Assembly: GCF_050920415.1 (NCBI RefSeq) | Contig: NZ_CP169309.1 | Length of the DNA stretch: 64,000 nucleotides | Origin: Escherichia coli | Lineage (GTDB): Bacteria > Pseudomonadota > Gammaproteobacteria > Enterobacterales > Enterobacteriaceae | Reading direction: 5' to 3' (one strand) | The notes under the pieces: generated by a model | The model's input: only the letters and a program-made list of their open reading frames with translations | Databases searched by the model: none | What the model was told of the DNA's origin: nothing | Part shown: one piece after another, positions 37,893 through 49,461 of the stretch | How the letters are laid out: the number at the start of each line of letters is the position of its first letter | How positions within the stretch are numbered: the stretch's first letter is position 1 | Translations under genes and position numbers: made by a program

Positions 37893-40036
37893 TGGAAATG
37901 GCATCAGCTTTTACTCTTAATGTTCGTCTGGACAACATTGCAGTCATCACCATCGACGTTCCCGGTGAGAAAATGAATACCCTGAAGGCGGAGTTTGCCT
38001 CGCAGGTGCGCACCATTATTAAGCAACTTCGCGAAAACAAAGAATTACGTGGAGTTGTATTTATCTCAGCGAAACCGGACAACTTTATCGCCGGAGCAGA
38101 CATCAACATGATCGGCAACTGCAAAACGGCGCAAGAAGCGGAAGAGCTGGCGCGGCAGGGGCAACAGTTAATGGCGGAGATTCATGCTCTGCCTGTTCCG
38201 GTTATCGCGGCTATTCATGGCGCTTGCCTGGGGGGCGGGCTGGAACTGGCACTGGCGTGTCATGGCCGCGTCTGCAGTGACGATCCTAAAACGGTGCTTG
38301 GCTTGCCGGAAGTTCAGCTTGGATTATTGCCAGGTTCAGGCGGTACTCAGCGTTTGCCGCGCCTCATTGGCGTCAGCACCGCGCTGGAGATGATCCTCAC
38401 AGGCAAGCAACTACGGGCAAAGCAGGCTTTCAAACTGGGGCTGGTGGATGATGTCGTTCCGCACTCTATTTTACTGGAATCCGCCGTTGAGTTGGCAAAG
38501 CAGGATCGACTATCTTCCCGCCCGCTACCTGTACGCGAGCGTATTCTGGCGGGGCCGCTAGGTCGTGCACTGTTGTTCAAAATGGTCGGCAAGAAAACAG
38601 AGCAGAAAACTCAGGGGAACTATCCGGCGACAAAACGCATTCTTGAAGTCATCGAAACCGGATTAGCGCAAGGCACCAGTAGCGGCTATGACGCGGAAGC
38701 CCGTGCCTTTGGTGAACTGGCGATGACACCACAATCGCAGGCTCTGCGTAGTATCTTTTTTGCCAGTACCGAAGTGAAGAAAGATCCGGGCAGTGATGCT
38801 CCGCCCGCGCCGTTAAATAGCGTAGGAATTTTAGGTGGTGGCTTGATGGGGGGCGGTATTGCTTATGTTACTGCTTGTAAAGCGGGCTTGCCGGTCAGAA
38901 TTAAAGATATCAACCCGCAGGGCATAAATCATGCATTGAAGTACAGCTGGGATCAGTTGGAGGGCAAAGTGCGCCGCCGACATCTCAAAGCCAGCGAACG
39001 TGACAAACAGCTGGCATTAATTTCGGGAACAACGGATTATCGCGGCTTTGCCCATCGTGACTTAATTATTGAAGCGGTGTTTGAAAATCTCGAATTAAAA
39101 CAAAAGATGGTGGCGGAAGTAGAGGAAAATTGCGCCACTCATACCATCTTCGCTTCGAATACGTCATCTTTACCAATTAGCGATATTGCCGCTCACGCCT
39201 CGCGGCCGGAGCAGGTTATCGGTCTTCATTTCTTCAGCCCGGTAGAAAAAATGCCGCTGGTGGAGATCATTCCCCATACGGGGACATCGGCGCAAACCAT
39301 CGCTACAACGGTAAAACTGGCGAAAAAACAGGGAAAAACGCCAATTGTTGTGCGTGACAAAGCCGGGTTTTATGTCAATCGCATTTTAGCGCCTTACATC
39401 AATGAAGCTATCCGCATGTTGACTGAAGGTGAACGGGTTGAGCATATCGATGCCGCACTGGTCAAGTTTGGTTTTCCGGTGGGACCAATCCAACTTTTGG
39501 ATGAGGTAGGAATCGACACCGGGACTAAAATTATTCCTGTACTGGAAGCCGCTTATGGAGAACGTTTTAGCGCGCCTGCAAATGTTGTTTCTTCAATTTT
39601 GAATGACGATCGCAAAGGCAGAAAAAATGGTCGGGGTTTCTATCTTTATGGGCCGAAAGGGCGTAAAAGCAAAAAACAGGTCGATCCTGCTATTTATCCG
39701 CTGATTGGCGCGCAAGGGCAGGGGCGACTCTCCGCACCGCAGGTTGCTGAACGGTGTGTGATGATGATGCTGAATGAAGCTGTACGTTGTCTGGACGAGC
39801 AGGTTATCCGTAGCGTGCGTGACGGGGATATCGGCGCGGTATTTGGAATTGGGTTTCCGCCGTTTCTCGGTGGCCCATTTCGCTATATCGACGCTCTCGG
39901 TGCGGCAGAAGTGGTTGCAATAATGCAACGTCTGACCGCGCGGTACGGTTCTCGTTTTACCCCTTGCGATCGTTTAGTTGAGATGAGCGAACGTGGGGAA
40001 AGTTTTTGGAAAACAACTGCAACTGACCTGCAATAA
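37892..40036 (+). CDS. fadJ: Multifunctional enoyl-CoA hydratase / 3-hydroxyacyl-CoA dehydrogenase FadJ
   Basis: 714 aa from [31 protein letters not shown]. The ATG overlaps the fadI TAA. NAD-binding motif [13 protein letters not shown]. Confidence 0.95.
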   Translation: MEMASAFTLNVRLDNIAVITIDVPGEKMNTLKAEFASQVRTIIKQLRENKELRGVVFISAKPDNFIAGADINMIGNCKTAQEAEELARQGQQLMAEIHALPVPVIAAIHGACLGGGLELALACHGRVCSDDPKTVLGLPEVQLGLLPGSGGTQRLPRLIGVSTALEMILTGKQLRAKQAFKLGLVDDVVPHSILLESAVELAKQDRLSSRPLPVRERILAGPLGRALLFKMVGKKTEQKTQGNYPATKRILEVIETGLAQGTSSGYDAEARAFGELAMTPQSQALRSIFFASTEVKKDPGSDAPPAPLNSVGILGGGLMGGGIAYVTACKAGLPVRIKDINPQGINHALKYSWDQLEGKVRRRHLKASERDKQLALISGTTDYRGFAHRDLIIEAVFENLELKQKMVAEVEENCATHTIFASNTSSLPISDIAAHASRPEQVIGLHFFSPVEKMPLVEIIPHTGTSAQTIATTVKLAKKQGKTPIVVRDKAGFYVNRILAPYINEAIRMLTEGERVEHIDAALVKFGFPVGPIQLLDEVGIDTGTKIIPVLEAAYGERFSAPANVVSSILNDDRKGRKNGRGFYLYGPKGRKSKKQVDPAIYPLIGAQGQGRLSAPQVAERCVMMMLNEAVRCLDEQVIRSVRDGDIGAVFGIGFPPFLGGPFRYIDALGAAEVVAIMQRLTARYGSRFTPCDRLVEMSERGESFWKTTATDLQ

Positions 40037-40238
40037 GAAGGTCAAAGTTATATGAATCCGCGCTGAATGGCGGAGTGTTGGTCAAAATGTAAACGCATAT
40101 TGACTATACTTACGCCATTGAGGTAAAAAACAGCGTTTCATTCGGTGAATGGATAAGGCACAATGCCGGCCACCGTCGTGTTTCTCTGGTTTCAGATGAA
40201 ACACGATGGGCGAATCTGGTTAACAAAAGCGGTGCAAT

Positions 40239-40724
40239 ATGCAAGTTTTTATCATGCGTCACGGCGACGCAGCCCTCGATGCCGCCAGTGATTCGGTTCG
40301 TCCTCTGACCACTAATGGTTGTGACGAATCTCGCCTGATGGCGAACTGGCTGAAAGGTCAAAAAGTGGAAATCGAACGTGTTCTGGTGAGCCCGTTCCTG
40401 CGAGCCGAGCAAACACTGGAAGAAGTGGCGGATTGTATGGACCTGCCTTCCAGTGTAGAAGTTCTGCCTGAGCTAACGCCCTGTGGCGATGTTGGTCTGG
40501 TCAGTGCGTATCTCCAGGCACTGACCAACGAAGGTGTCGAGTCGGTACTGGTTATCTCCCACTTACCATTAGTCGGGTATCTGGTTGCCGAGTTATGTCC
40601 GGGCGAAACGCCGCCTATGTTTACCACTTCAGCGATTGCCAGCGTTACACTTGATGAAAGTGGAAACGGTCAATTCAACTGGCAGATGAGCCCGTGTAAT
40701 CTGAAGATGGCAAAAGCAATTTAA
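40239..40724 (+). CDS. sixA: Phosphohistidine phosphatase SixA
   Basis: 161 aa MQVFIMRHGDAALDAASDSVRPLT... with the RHG motif. Confidence 0.95.
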   Translation: MQVFIMRHGDAALDAASDSVRPLTTNGCDESRLMANWLKGQKVEIERVLVSPFLRAEQTLEEVADCMDLPSSVEVLPELTPCGDVGLVSAYLQALTNEGVESVLVISHLPLVGYLVAELCPGETPPMFTTSAIASVTLDESGNGQFNWQMSPCNLKMAKAI

Positions 40725-40734
40725 AAGCTCATAT

Positions 40735-40770
40735 GCCCGGTTGCGTACGCGTATACCGGGCAAATTTTTT
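40735..40770 (+). terminator. Rho-independent terminator after sixA
   Basis: GCCCGGT / loop / ACCGGGC followed by AAATTTTTT. Confidence 0.75.
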
Positions 40771-41271
40771 CTGTCCTAATTGTGATCATATTTTACATAT
40801 CACGAATTTTATTATCTTTCTTGTTATTGAAACTGGTAATAACACAGTGGAATAATGGTTTTGTATCTTGAATATATATTAATTAATTTAATTGAGATTT
40901 AATCTTATCAATAAATAATTGCAAAATCATTATAAATTATCTCAGTGGTTTTTATATTCAATGCATTCACATTGATTATGATGTCTTTTCTTTTTTTTGA
41001 TAATGCGCATGTTTTTTTATTGAAAAGCGAGTGAGATATTCTGGTTGTGTATTGATTAATTAAATCTACATAAAGTCTTTAAGTATTGCTACATTGATTA
41101 TTTTTAAGGATAAGACCAACATAACGACACACCAGAGAATATCTGTTTACATTCTATGATTATTTGGGACATATGATGTTCAATGGTTAACTAAAAGCGT
41201 CAGACATAATATATACAATAATATTATGTCAGTTGCTTGTATTATACATTTTAATGATTTAAGGACAAATA

Positions 41272-41832
41272 ATGAGTAAGTTTGCCAAAACAGCCATTGC
41301 TGCCGCAATGGTGATGGGCGCAGTTGTCTCCGCGTCAGCATTTGCTGCAGGCAACAACGGTACTGCACGTTTCTACGGCACCATTGAAGACTCCCCGTGC
41401 TCTATCGTTCCAGACGATCACAAACTGGAAGTGGATTTAGGTAACATCGGTGCCGAAGTACTGAAAAACAACGGGACTACCACGCCGAAAGATTTTCAGA
41501 TTCGTTTGCAGGACTGCGTATTTGAAACCCAAACGAACATGGAAACGACGTTCACCGGTAACGTTTCTACGGGAAACGAGAATTACTACACCATTTTTAA
41601 TACCGATACAGGTGCTGCGTTTAACAATGTAAGCCTGGCGATTGGTGATAAGCAAGGTACTTCCTATAAAAGCGGTGCTGGCATTAAACAGGCGATCGTA
41701 AATGACTCAGCAACCAATAAAGGCAAACCTAAACAGACTCTGAACTTCAAAGCCTGGTTAGTCGGTGCGACGGGTACGCCTGACCTGGGTGGTTTTGAAG
41801 CGAATACCACTTTCCAGATTACCTATCTCTAA
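41272..41832 (+). CDS. yfcV: Fimbrial major subunit YfcV
   Basis: 186 aa. Signal peptide MSKFAKTAIAAAMVMGAVVSASAFA. Fimbrial-subunit Cys pair. C-terminus NTTFQITYL. Confidence 0.85.
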   Translation: MSKFAKTAIAAAMVMGAVVSASAFAAGNNGTARFYGTIEDSPCSIVPDDHKLEVDLGNIGAEVLKNNGTTTPKDFQIRLQDCVFETQTNMETTFTGNVSTGNENYYTIFNTDTGAAFNNVSLAIGDKQGTSYKSGAGIKQAIVNDSATNKGKPKQTLNFKAWLVGATGTPDLGGFEANTTFQITYL

Positions 41833-41841
41833 GGTAATTCA

Positions 41842-41873
41842 CCCCCATAGCATCTCGCTATGGGGGATTTTGG
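41842..41873 (+). terminator. Intra-operon attenuating terminator after the major subunit gene
   Basis: CCCCCATAGC / atctc / GCTATGGGGG followed by ATTTTGG. Confidence 0.65.
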
Positions 41874-41904
41874 CGAGTTTTTGGACTTATTATAATAATC
41901 ACGG

Positions 41905-44553
41905 ATGAATACGTGTATGCCTGACCATTCCCTTTTCCGCTTACGGGCGCTTCCCTGGTGCGTTGCCGTGGCCATCTCTGGATGCCATATCAATGCCTGG
42001 GCTGATGAAGATATTCAGTTTGATTCCCGTTTTCTGGAATTAAAAGGCGACACGAAAATCGATCTAAAACGCTTTTCAAGCCAGGGTTATGTTGAACCGG
42101 GTAAATACAGTTTACAGGTTGAGGTGAATAAACAGCCATTACCCGGTGAATATGATATTTACTGGTATGCAACAGAAAATGATGCCAATAAGACTTACGC
42201 CTGCCTGTCGCCAGACCTGGTGGCACTGCTTGGTTTCAAAGAAGACATTGCGAAAAATTTGCAATGGGTTCACGACGGTAAATGCCTGAAGCCAGGCCAA
42301 TTTGACGGTCTGGAAATGCGCGCTGATTTAAGCCAGTCCGCACTCCTTATCAGCTTGCCGCAGGCTTATCTTGAATACAGCGATGTCGACTGGGACCCTC
42401 CCTCGCGCTGGGATGATGGCATCTCAGGTTTAATTGCCGATTACAGCATCAATGCCCAAACCCGACACGAAGAAAATGGCGGTGATGACAGCAACGATAT
42501 CAGCGGCAACGGTACGGTTGGCGTTAACCTCGGGCCGTGGCGCTTGCGAGCCGACTGGCAAAGCGATTATCAGCATACCCGCAGTAATGATGAAGAGACA
42601 GAAGACAGCACCGAAAGAAACTGGGACTGGAGCCGTTACTATGCCTGGCGCGCGTTACCGAGCCTGAAAGCCAAACTGGCACTCGGTGAAGATTACCTCG
42701 ATTCCGATATATTCGATGGCTTTAACTACATCGGCGGTAGTATCAGTACTGACGATCAAATGCTGCCGCCGAACCTGCGCGGCTATGCCCCGGATATTTC
42801 CGGCGTGGCCCATACGGCGGCGAAAGTCACCGTTAGCCAGGCCGGGCGTATAATTTATGAAACCCAGGTGCCAGCCGGGCCATTCCGTATCCAGGATCTC
42901 GCCGATTTTAGCTCTGGTACGCTGCATGTGCGCATTGAAGAGGTGAACGGTCAGGTGCAGGAGTATGACATCAGCACTGCCTCCATGCCGTTCCTGACTC
43001 GCCCGGGCCAGGTGCGCTACAAAATTATGATGGGGCGACCACAGGAGTGGGGGCACCATGTGCAAGGCGGGTTCTTTTCCGGTGGCGAAGCGTCCTGGGG
43101 GATAGCAAACGGCTGGTCACTGTATGGCGGGGCGCTTGGCGATGAAAATTACCAGTCAGCCGCGCTTGGGATTGGTCGCGATCTCTCCGTTTTCGGTGCG
43201 ATGGCCTTTGATATCACCCACTCGCATACCCGACTTGACGATTCGACCGCTTACGGAAAAAGCACGCTCGACGGTAACTCTTTCAGAGTCAGTTATTCCA
43301 AAGACTTTGATGAACTCAACAGCCGCGTCACCTTCGCCGGATACCGCTTCTCGGAAGAGAACTACATGACCATGAGCGAGTACCTGGACGCAAATGACAG
43401 CGCAATGGTCCGCTCAGGCAATGATAAAGAGATGTACACCGCCACCTATAACCAGAACTTCAGGGATGCCGGTGTTTCTGTTTACCTGAACTATACGCGC
43501 CACACCTACTGGGATCGTGATGAACAGACCAACTACAACGTAATGCTCTCCCACTATTTCAATATGGGCGGCATTCGTAACATGAGTATTTCTCTGACCG
43601 GTTATCGCTACGAGTATGACGACAGTGCTGACAAAGGCGTCTACATCTCCTTAAGTATGCCGTGGGGCGATAGCAGCGTTGTGAGTTACAACGGCAACTA
43701 CGGTAGTGGTTCAGACAGCAGCCAGGTAGGGTATTTCAGCCGTATCGATGACGCCAGTCATTATCAGATAAACGTGGGCAACAGTGAAAATCACTCCAGC
43801 GTGGATGGTTATTACAGCCGTGACGGTTCAATGGCCCATGTGGACCTCAGTGCCAACTACCATGAAGGGCAGTACACCTCTGCCGGGTTGTCGCTACAGG
43901 GCGGCGCTACGCTCACGGCTCACGGTGGCGCGTTGCACCGTACTCAAAATATGGGCGGTACGCGATTACTGATTGACGCTGACGGTGTTGCTGACGTACC
44001 GGTCGAAGGAAACGGTGCAGCGGTGTACACCAATATGTTTGGCAAAGCCGTCGTTGCCGACGTCAATAACTACTACCGTAACCAGGCCACGATTGACCTG
44101 ACCAAACTGCCAGAAGACGCCGAAGCCACACAGTCAGTGGTGCAGGCGACGCTTACCGAAGGCGCCATTGGCTACCGTCAATTTGCGGTCATCAGTGGGC
44201 AAAAGGCGATGGCTGTCCTGCGCATGAGTGATGGCAGTTACCCGCCATTTGGTGCGGAAGTGAGAAACGAACATGACCAGCAGGTCGGCCTGGTTGATGA
44301 TGACGGCAACGTCTATCTGGCCGGGGTAAAAGCGGGCGAACACATGCGTGTCTCGTGGAATGGCGAACCTCACTGTGAGATCTCACTGCCAGACCCGCTA
44401 CCCGCCGACCTGTTCAACGGCCTGTTACTGCCGTGCAAGCAACAAGGCGCGGTGATGCCTGCGGCTCCGGCAGAGATTAAACCGATGATTCAGGAACAAA
44501 CGCAGCAGGTCACACCTGGCGCGGAACCCATGGCTATTTCAGCAAACCAATAA
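41905..44553 (+). CDS. yfcU: Fimbrial outer-membrane usher YfcU, full length
   Basis: 882-aa uninterrupted ORF. Usher N-terminus ...DIQFDSRFLELKGD. Sits between the major subunit and the chaperone. Confidence 0.9.
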   Translation: MNTCMPDHSLFRLRALPWCVAVAISGCHINAWADEDIQFDSRFLELKGDTKIDLKRFSSQGYVEPGKYSLQVEVNKQPLPGEYDIYWYATENDANKTYACLSPDLVALLGFKEDIAKNLQWVHDGKCLKPGQFDGLEMRADLSQSALLISLPQAYLEYSDVDWDPPSRWDDGISGLIADYSINAQTRHEENGGDDSNDISGNGTVGVNLGPWRLRADWQSDYQHTRSNDEETEDSTERNWDWSRYYAWRALPSLKAKLALGEDYLDSDIFDGFNYIGGSISTDDQMLPPNLRGYAPDISGVAHTAAKVTVSQAGRIIYETQVPAGPFRIQDLADFSSGTLHVRIEEVNGQVQEYDISTASMPFLTRPGQVRYKIMMGRPQEWGHHVQGGFFSGGEASWGIANGWSLYGGALGDENYQSAALGIGRDLSVFGAMAFDITHSHTRLDDSTAYGKSTLDGNSFRVSYSKDFDELNSRVTFAGYRFSEENYMTMSEYLDANDSAMVRSGNDKEMYTATYNQNFRDAGVSVYLNYTRHTYWDRDEQTNYNVMLSHYFNMGGIRNMSISLTGYRYEYDDSADKGVYISLSMPWGDSSVVSYNGNYGSGSDSSQVGYFSRIDDASHYQINVGNSENHSSVDGYYSRDGSMAHVDLSANYHEGQYTSAGLSLQGGATLTAHGGALHRTQNMGGTRLLIDADGVADVPVEGNGAAVYTNMFGKAVVADVNNYYRNQATIDLTKLPEDAEATQSVVQATLTEGAIGYRQFAVISGQKAMAVLRMSDGSYPPFGAEVRNEHDQQVGLVDDDGNVYLAGVKAGEHMRVSWNGEPHCEISLPDPLPADLFNGLLLPCKQQGAVMPAAPAEIKPMIQEQTQQVTPGAEPMAISANQ

Positions 44554-44572
44554 CGTGATTAAGGATTGATCC

Positions 44573-45322
44573 ATGTATACATTGACTCGCTCTGCAACAC
44601 GCGTTGCCCCGGCGCTGGCGCTGCTGGTGGCCGCCAGTTTTACAACCCACGCATCGGTGACGCCCGATCGCACACGCCTGATCTTCAATGAAGGCGACAA
44701 ATCTATTAGCGTCACGTTGCGCAATAACGACCCGAAGCAGCCCTACCTGGCACAAAGCTGGATGGAGGACGAAAAGGGCAACAAAATCAGCTCGCCACTT
44801 ACGGTACTGCCGCCGGTACAGCGTATTGATGCGATGATGAATGGTCAGGTAAAAGTCCAGGGAATGCCGGATATCAACAAGTTACCCGCCGATCGTGAGA
44901 GCATGTTCTACTTTAACGTGCGTGAAATCCCGCCAAAATCGAACAAACCTAATACGCTGCAAATTGCCCTGCAAACGCGTATCAAATTGTTCTGGCGACC
45001 CAAGGCACTGGCAAAAATTAACATGAGAGACCCGTGGCAGCACAAGGTAACGTTAACCCGCAATGGCCAGGCGTTCACCGTCAACAACCCCACGCCGTAT
45101 TACGTGATTATCAGCAATGCCAGCACACAGAAAAATGGTAATCCGGCAGCCGGGTTTACGCCGCTGGTCATGCCGCCGAAATCGTCCGCACCGTTGAATG
45201 TGAAGATGGACACTGTGCCGGTGCTGACTTATGTCAACGACTACGGTGCGCGATTGTCGCTGAACTTTAAATGCACTGGCAATAATTGCCAGGTGGATGC
45301 AGAGCAAAGCCGCAAAGGCTGA
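44573..45322 (+). CDS. yfcS: Periplasmic fimbrial chaperone YfcS
   Basis: 249 aa. PapD-like motifs RLIFNEGDKSISVTLRN and MFYFNVREIPP. Confidence 0.9.
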   Translation: MYTLTRSATRVAPALALLVAASFTTHASVTPDRTRLIFNEGDKSISVTLRNNDPKQPYLAQSWMEDEKGNKISSPLTVLPPVQRIDAMMNGQVKVQGMPDINKLPADRESMFYFNVREIPPKSNKPNTLQIALQTRIKLFWRPKALAKINMRDPWQHKVTLTRNGQAFTVNNPTPYYVIISNASTQKNGNPAAGFTPLVMPPKSSAPLNVKMDTVPVLTYVNDYGARLSLNFKCTGNNCQVDAEQSRKG

Positions 45323-45337
45323 TGCCGGGAGAGTCTT

Positions 45338-45853
45338 ATGAAATACACGTTTCTGGTGGGAACGGGCATTTTTCTCCTGAGCGGCTGGCTGATGGGGAAC
45401 CTTGCTGTCGCAGGGCAAAGTAAAAAGGTGTCATTGTCGTTGCGCATTTTGGTGGATGGGCCACCGCCCTGTTCCGTAAAGGGGAGCAACGTGGATTTTG
45501 GCAATGTCTACATTAGCAAAATCAATGGCACAAATTACCGTACCACGACCCCGCTTTATACCCTGAACTGTGATAACAGGGCGGTGGATGCTGATGAGCT
45601 GCGGATGCAGCTTAAAGGCGCTACCACCGTGATTAACGGGGAAACTGTCATGGCCACCGAAATACCAGGCCTGGGCATTCGCATCGAAAACGGTGCCGAT
45701 AACTCTTTGTTCAGAGTGGGTGAAGGTAACTGGACTCCTTTCAACTTTTACCAGTCGCCCAATCTCAAAGCAGTGCCGGTTAAACAGAGCGGAGCGCAGC
45801 TTATGCCTGCGGTTTTTAACGCCACTATGACGATGGTGGTGGATTACCAATGA
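45338..45853 (+). CDS. yfcR: Minor fimbrial subunit YfcR
   Basis: 171 aa. Signal peptide. Fimbrial C-terminal beta-strand ...TMTMVVDYQ. Confidence 0.8.
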   Translation: MKYTFLVGTGIFLLSGWLMGNLAVAGQSKKVSLSLRILVDGPPPCSVKGSNVDFGNVYISKINGTNYRTTTPLYTLNCDNRAVDADELRMQLKGATTVINGETVMATEIPGLGIRIENGADNSLFRVGEGNWTPFNFYQSPNLKAVPVKQSGAQLMPAVFNATMTMVVDYQ

Positions 45854-46338
45854 AAAAACACTTGTTCCTTTTACTCTGCACCTGCGGTGGCGTTGCGCTG
45901 GCGGCTGACGATGACATCACCTTCCACGGTACGCTGGTGGCACCGCCTGTCTGTGCTATCAGCGATGGAAAGACCCTCGAAGTGGAATTTCGCGATCTCA
46001 TCATCGACAGTATCAACGGGGACTATGGCCGCAAGGAAGTGGAATATGACCTGAGCTGTGACTCTGACACGCGCGATCCCGAGTGGATTATGACGCTCAC
46101 CTGGACGGGGACGCCGACCGCCTACAATAACGCGGCTATCGAAACAGACGTTCCCGGCTTTGGTATTGAGCTTCAGCATGATGGTCAGCGTTTTGTGTTG
46201 AATACTCCGCTTGCCATTAACGCCACCGATTTTACCCAAAAGCCGAAGCTGGAAGCCGTGCCAGTGAAGTCAGCCGATGCGGTGCTGAGTGATACCACGT
46301 TTTCAGCCTATGCAACATTGCGGGTGGATTATCAATGA
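45850..46338 (+). CDS. yfcQ: Minor fimbrial subunit YfcQ
   Basis: 162 aa. Signal peptide MKKHLFLLLCTCGGVALA. C-terminus ATLRVDYQ. Confidence 0.8.
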   Translation: MKKHLFLLLCTCGGVALAADDDITFHGTLVAPPVCAISDGKTLEVEFRDLIIDSINGDYGRKEVEYDLSCDSDTRDPEWIMTLTWTGTPTAYNNAAIETDVPGFGIELQHDGQRFVLNTPLAINATDFTQKPKLEAVPVKSADAVLSDTTFSAYATLRVDYQ

Positions 46339-46874
46339 AGACAGAACGTATTTATTCGCTCGGCTATGGGCTGTTAGCGGGCCTGCTGTTGATCGGCAGC
46401 ACGCGTGCCCTGGCCGTGGACAACAACCTGCATTTTTACGGCAACTTACTCAGCCGCTCTTGTACGCTGGTGGTTGAGAGCGGGAATCTGGCCGAAGTCC
46501 ATTTTCCGACTATCAGTCGTCGGGATCTTATGGCTACGGGGGAGTCTGCGCACATACCGGTGGTGTTTAAGCTGAAAGATTGTAAGGGGCCCGCGAGTTA
46601 TCAGGTCCAGGTGACCCTTACCGGTACGGAAGACAGTGAGCAGCCCGGTTTCCTGGCGCTGGATACCACATCAATCGCGCAAGGCGTCGGAATTGGGATG
46701 GAAACGACGGACGGTGTACGGGTGGCGATTAACAACCCCTCCGGGGCGAAATTCACGCTTAGCGATGGCAGCAATAATATTAATTTCAGGGCCTGGCTAC
46801 AGGCGAAAAGCGGTCGGGAAGTAACGATGGGCGATTTTACCGCCAACCTGACGGCAACCTTCGAGTATATATAA
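46335..46874 (+). CDS. yfcP: Minor fimbrial subunit YfcP
   Basis: 179 aa. Signal peptide. C-terminus NLTATFEYI. Confidence 0.8.
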   Translation: MKTERIYSLGYGLLAGLLLIGSTRALAVDNNLHFYGNLLSRSCTLVVESGNLAEVHFPTISRRDLMATGESAHIPVVFKLKDCKGPASYQVQVTLTGTEDSEQPGFLALDTTSIAQGVGIGMETTDGVRVAINNPSGAKFTLSDGSNNINFRAWLQAKSGREVTMGDFTANLTATFEYI

Positions 46875-46875
46875 T

Positions 46876-47721
46876 ATGAAAAAATGGATGATTTGTTTCG
46901 CAAGTCTGATATTACTTGCTCTCAGTTTAGGAACCCCAAAGAGCTATGCTGGTGATAAGCTCTACAGCTCAAGCTTTCCAGGGACTGCAGTATATTATGC
47001 AATGAATAATGCCTCTATGCAGGGTACTTTATATTACTATGTTACGGTATTAACGCCAAAAGAAGTCGCTTATGGTCAATACAATGCAACACGCGCGGGG
47101 AGAGGCGATACTCTCCCGGTAATATCCTGGACCGGCTCAGGTCCGGCACCAAAGCTAGTGCTGGCTGACTGGGGCCGCACAGATAGCTCAAACTGCCCAG
47201 GTATGAATACGACTATATATGTCTGCGGATTTATGACTTTTAATGTCACGGTCGCATCTGATGATTATGGCTGCCCATGGATTGCCTCTCTTTATTCAGT
47301 TGCCCAGGCCAGTGGATTTAGTGCATATACAAGTCCAACAGTGAGTCGTACTGTTTGTCCAACAATTCCAGTATCTTCTTATGATATATCCTGGAGTGAT
47401 AGTTATGTTAGCCATTCTAAAACGTTGCAATTACAATCCAATGGTTCAACCATCACGACAACGCTTTCGACCTATTTGATGGAAAGTGGCAATCTCTGCG
47501 ATGGCAGTAATTTTGATGCCAGAGGAGCATACTGTCGTGCAGTTTCAGATTTATTAACGTTTACCTCTTATGGTTGCGATAATGCAAAGGTGACAGTCAC
47601 ACCGACACGTAAACCGTTAACGGATAGAAAACTCCACGACATTGTGGTGAAGGTGAATACCAGTAGTCGGCAACCGATTGATTCTACGTGCCGTTTCCAA
47701 TATGTCTTAAATGAATTGTAA
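46876..47721 (+). CDS. yfcO: YfcO, terminal gene of the yfc operon (putative tip adhesin)
   Basis: 281 aa. Signal peptide MKKWMICFASLILLALSLGTPKSYA. Lower GC than its neighbours. Assigned by operon position. Confidence 0.7.
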   Translation: MKKWMICFASLILLALSLGTPKSYAGDKLYSSSFPGTAVYYAMNNASMQGTLYYYVTVLTPKEVAYGQYNATRAGRGDTLPVISWTGSGPAPKLVLADWGRTDSSNCPGMNTTIYVCGFMTFNVTVASDDYGCPWIASLYSVAQASGFSAYTSPTVSRTVCPTIPVSSYDISWSDSYVSHSKTLQLQSNGSTITTTLSTYLMESGNLCDGSNFDARGAYCRAVSDLLTFTSYGCDNAKVTVTPTRKPLTDRKLHDIVVKVNTSSRQPIDSTCRFQYVLNEL

Positions 47722-47778
47722 TGTTAATCTTTCACCGACCAGTTAGCTGGTCGGTGAAAGTACATGTTGATAATGATG

Positions 47779-48330
47779 TCAGGGCAACTCAGGCGGCAAC
47801 CACTCTTCCACTTCAATCAACACTAATAAAGCTGCATCACCGCCGTACTCTTTCGGTGCCTGATGAAACGCCATCACATGGGGATGTTGCGCCAGCCACA
47901 GCGGCGTTTGCTGCTTCAAAATATGCTTACCATGACCATGCATCACGCAGGCGCAAAACACATGTTCACGACGGCAGGCGGCAATCAGAGCCCCAAGTTC
48001 CTGCTTAGCTTGCAACTGCGTCAAACCGTGTAAATCCAAAAACAACTCCGGCGAATAATCGCCGCGGCGCAGTTTCTTCGCTTCAAAGTGGCTGACATCC
48101 GGACGGACATATTTCACCGGACCTTCGGTATTCAATAACGGTTGAAACTCATCGGAGAAATAATGGCTGGCATCGGCCTGTTCCTGAATTAACCGCTTGA
48201 CCGGTACTTCGCTAATTTTTTTACGTAGCGGCCGATGGACGATGGTGTCCTGCTTTATCTGGCGGGTCCCCGCCATCAACTGGCGGAACAGCGCCTGGTC
48301 CTCCTCGCTAAGTGATGATTTCTTTTTCAT
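47779..48330 (-). CDS. smrB: Smr-domain ribosome-rescue endonuclease SmrB
   Basis: 183 aa [34 protein letters not shown]...[15 protein letters not shown].... Confidence 0.9.
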   Translation of the reverse strand: MKKKSSLSEEDQALFRQLMAGTRQIKQDTIVHRPLRKKISEVPVKRLIQEQADASHYFSDEFQPLLNTEGPVKYVRPDVSHFEAKKLRRGDYSPELFLDLHGLTQLQAKQELGALIAACRREHVFCACVMHGHGKHILKQQTPLWLAQHPHVMAFHQAPKEYGGDAALLVLIEVEEWLPPELP

Positions 48331-48494
48331 TTACATCTCTCATTTCTAATTTTCCTACAGTTTACCCGACTCGTCGTCTAATCGATCGTTTTAAACGTAT
48401 TTTTCCTCACTCACCGCGCGTGAATGCTGATTTATCGTCATCTTCATGGCAAACTAGCCGCCGAAATTAATGCGACCATGCCCTGGAGGAATAC

Positions 48495-49427
48495 GTGGAT
48501 AAAATTTTCGTTGATGAAGCAGTAAATGAGCTGCAAACCATTCAGGACATGTTGCGCTGGTCGGTGAGCCGCTTCAGCGCGGCAAATATCTGGTACGGCC
48601 ACGGCACCGATAACCCGTGGGATGAAGCCGTACAACTGGTGCTGCCATCGCTCTACCTGCCGCTGGATATTCCGGAAGATATGCGCACCGCGCGTCTGAC
48701 TTCCAGCGAAAAACATCGTATTGTTGAGCGCGTGATCCGCCGCGTCAACGAACGCATTCCGGTGGCCTACCTGACCAACAAAGCCTGGTTCTGCGGTCAT
48801 GAATTTTACGTCGATGAACGTGTGCTGGTGCCGCGCTCGCCGATTGGTGAACTGATCAACAATAAATTTGCCGGACTCATCAGCAAGCAACCGCAGCACA
48901 TTTTAGATATGTGCACCGGAAGCGGCTGTATTGCGATTGCCTGCGCTTATGCCTTCCCGGAAGCAGAAGTCGACGCGGTAGACATCTCTCCTGACGCGCT
49001 GGCGGTTGCTGAACAGAACATCGAAGAACATGGTCTGATCCACAACGTCATTCCGATTCGTTCCGATCTGTTCCGGGACTTGCCGAAAGTGCAGTACGAC
49101 CTGATCGTCACTAACCCGCCGTACGTTGATGCGGAAGATATGTCCGACCTGCCAAATGAATACCGTCACGAGCCGGAACTGGGTCTGGCATCTGGTACTG
49201 ACGGCCTGAAACTGACGCGTCGTATTCTCGGTAATGCGGCAGATTACCTTGCTGATGATGGCGTGCTGATTTGTGAAGTCGGCAACAGCATGGTACATCT
49301 TATGGAACAATATCCGGATGTTCCGTTCACCTGGCTGGAGTTTGATAACGGCGGTGATGGTGTGTTTATGCTCACCAAAGAGCAGCTTATTGCTGCACAA
49401 GAACATTTCGCGATTTATAAAGATTAA
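48495..49427 (+). CDS. prmB: Ribosomal protein L3 glutamine methyltransferase PrmB
   Basis: 310 aa with a GTG start. SAM-MTase motifs [14 protein letters not shown] and VTNPPYV. Confidence 0.9.
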   Translation: MDKIFVDEAVNELQTIQDMLRWSVSRFSAANIWYGHGTDNPWDEAVQLVLPSLYLPLDIPEDMRTARLTSSEKHRIVERVIRRVNERIPVAYLTNKAWFCGHEFYVDERVLVPRSPIGELINNKFAGLISKQPQHILDMCTGSGCIAIACAYAFPEAEVDAVDISPDALAVAEQNIEEHGLIHNVIPIRSDLFRDLPKVQYDLIVTNPPYVDAEDMSDLPNEYRHEPELGLASGTDGLKLTRRILGNAADYLADDGVLICEVGNSMVHLMEQYPDVPFTWLEFDNGGDGVFMLTKEQLIAAQEHFAIYKD

Positions 49428-49461
49428 GTAAACACGCAAACACAACAATAACGGAGCCGTG

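Noticed and set aside
40771-41271. Extremely AT-rich 500-bp block, considered as a foreign insertion or degraded mobile element
   Set aside because: It has no terminal repeats, no ORF remnants and no transposase or integrase fragments. It sits exactly where the yfc fimbrial promoter region belongs.
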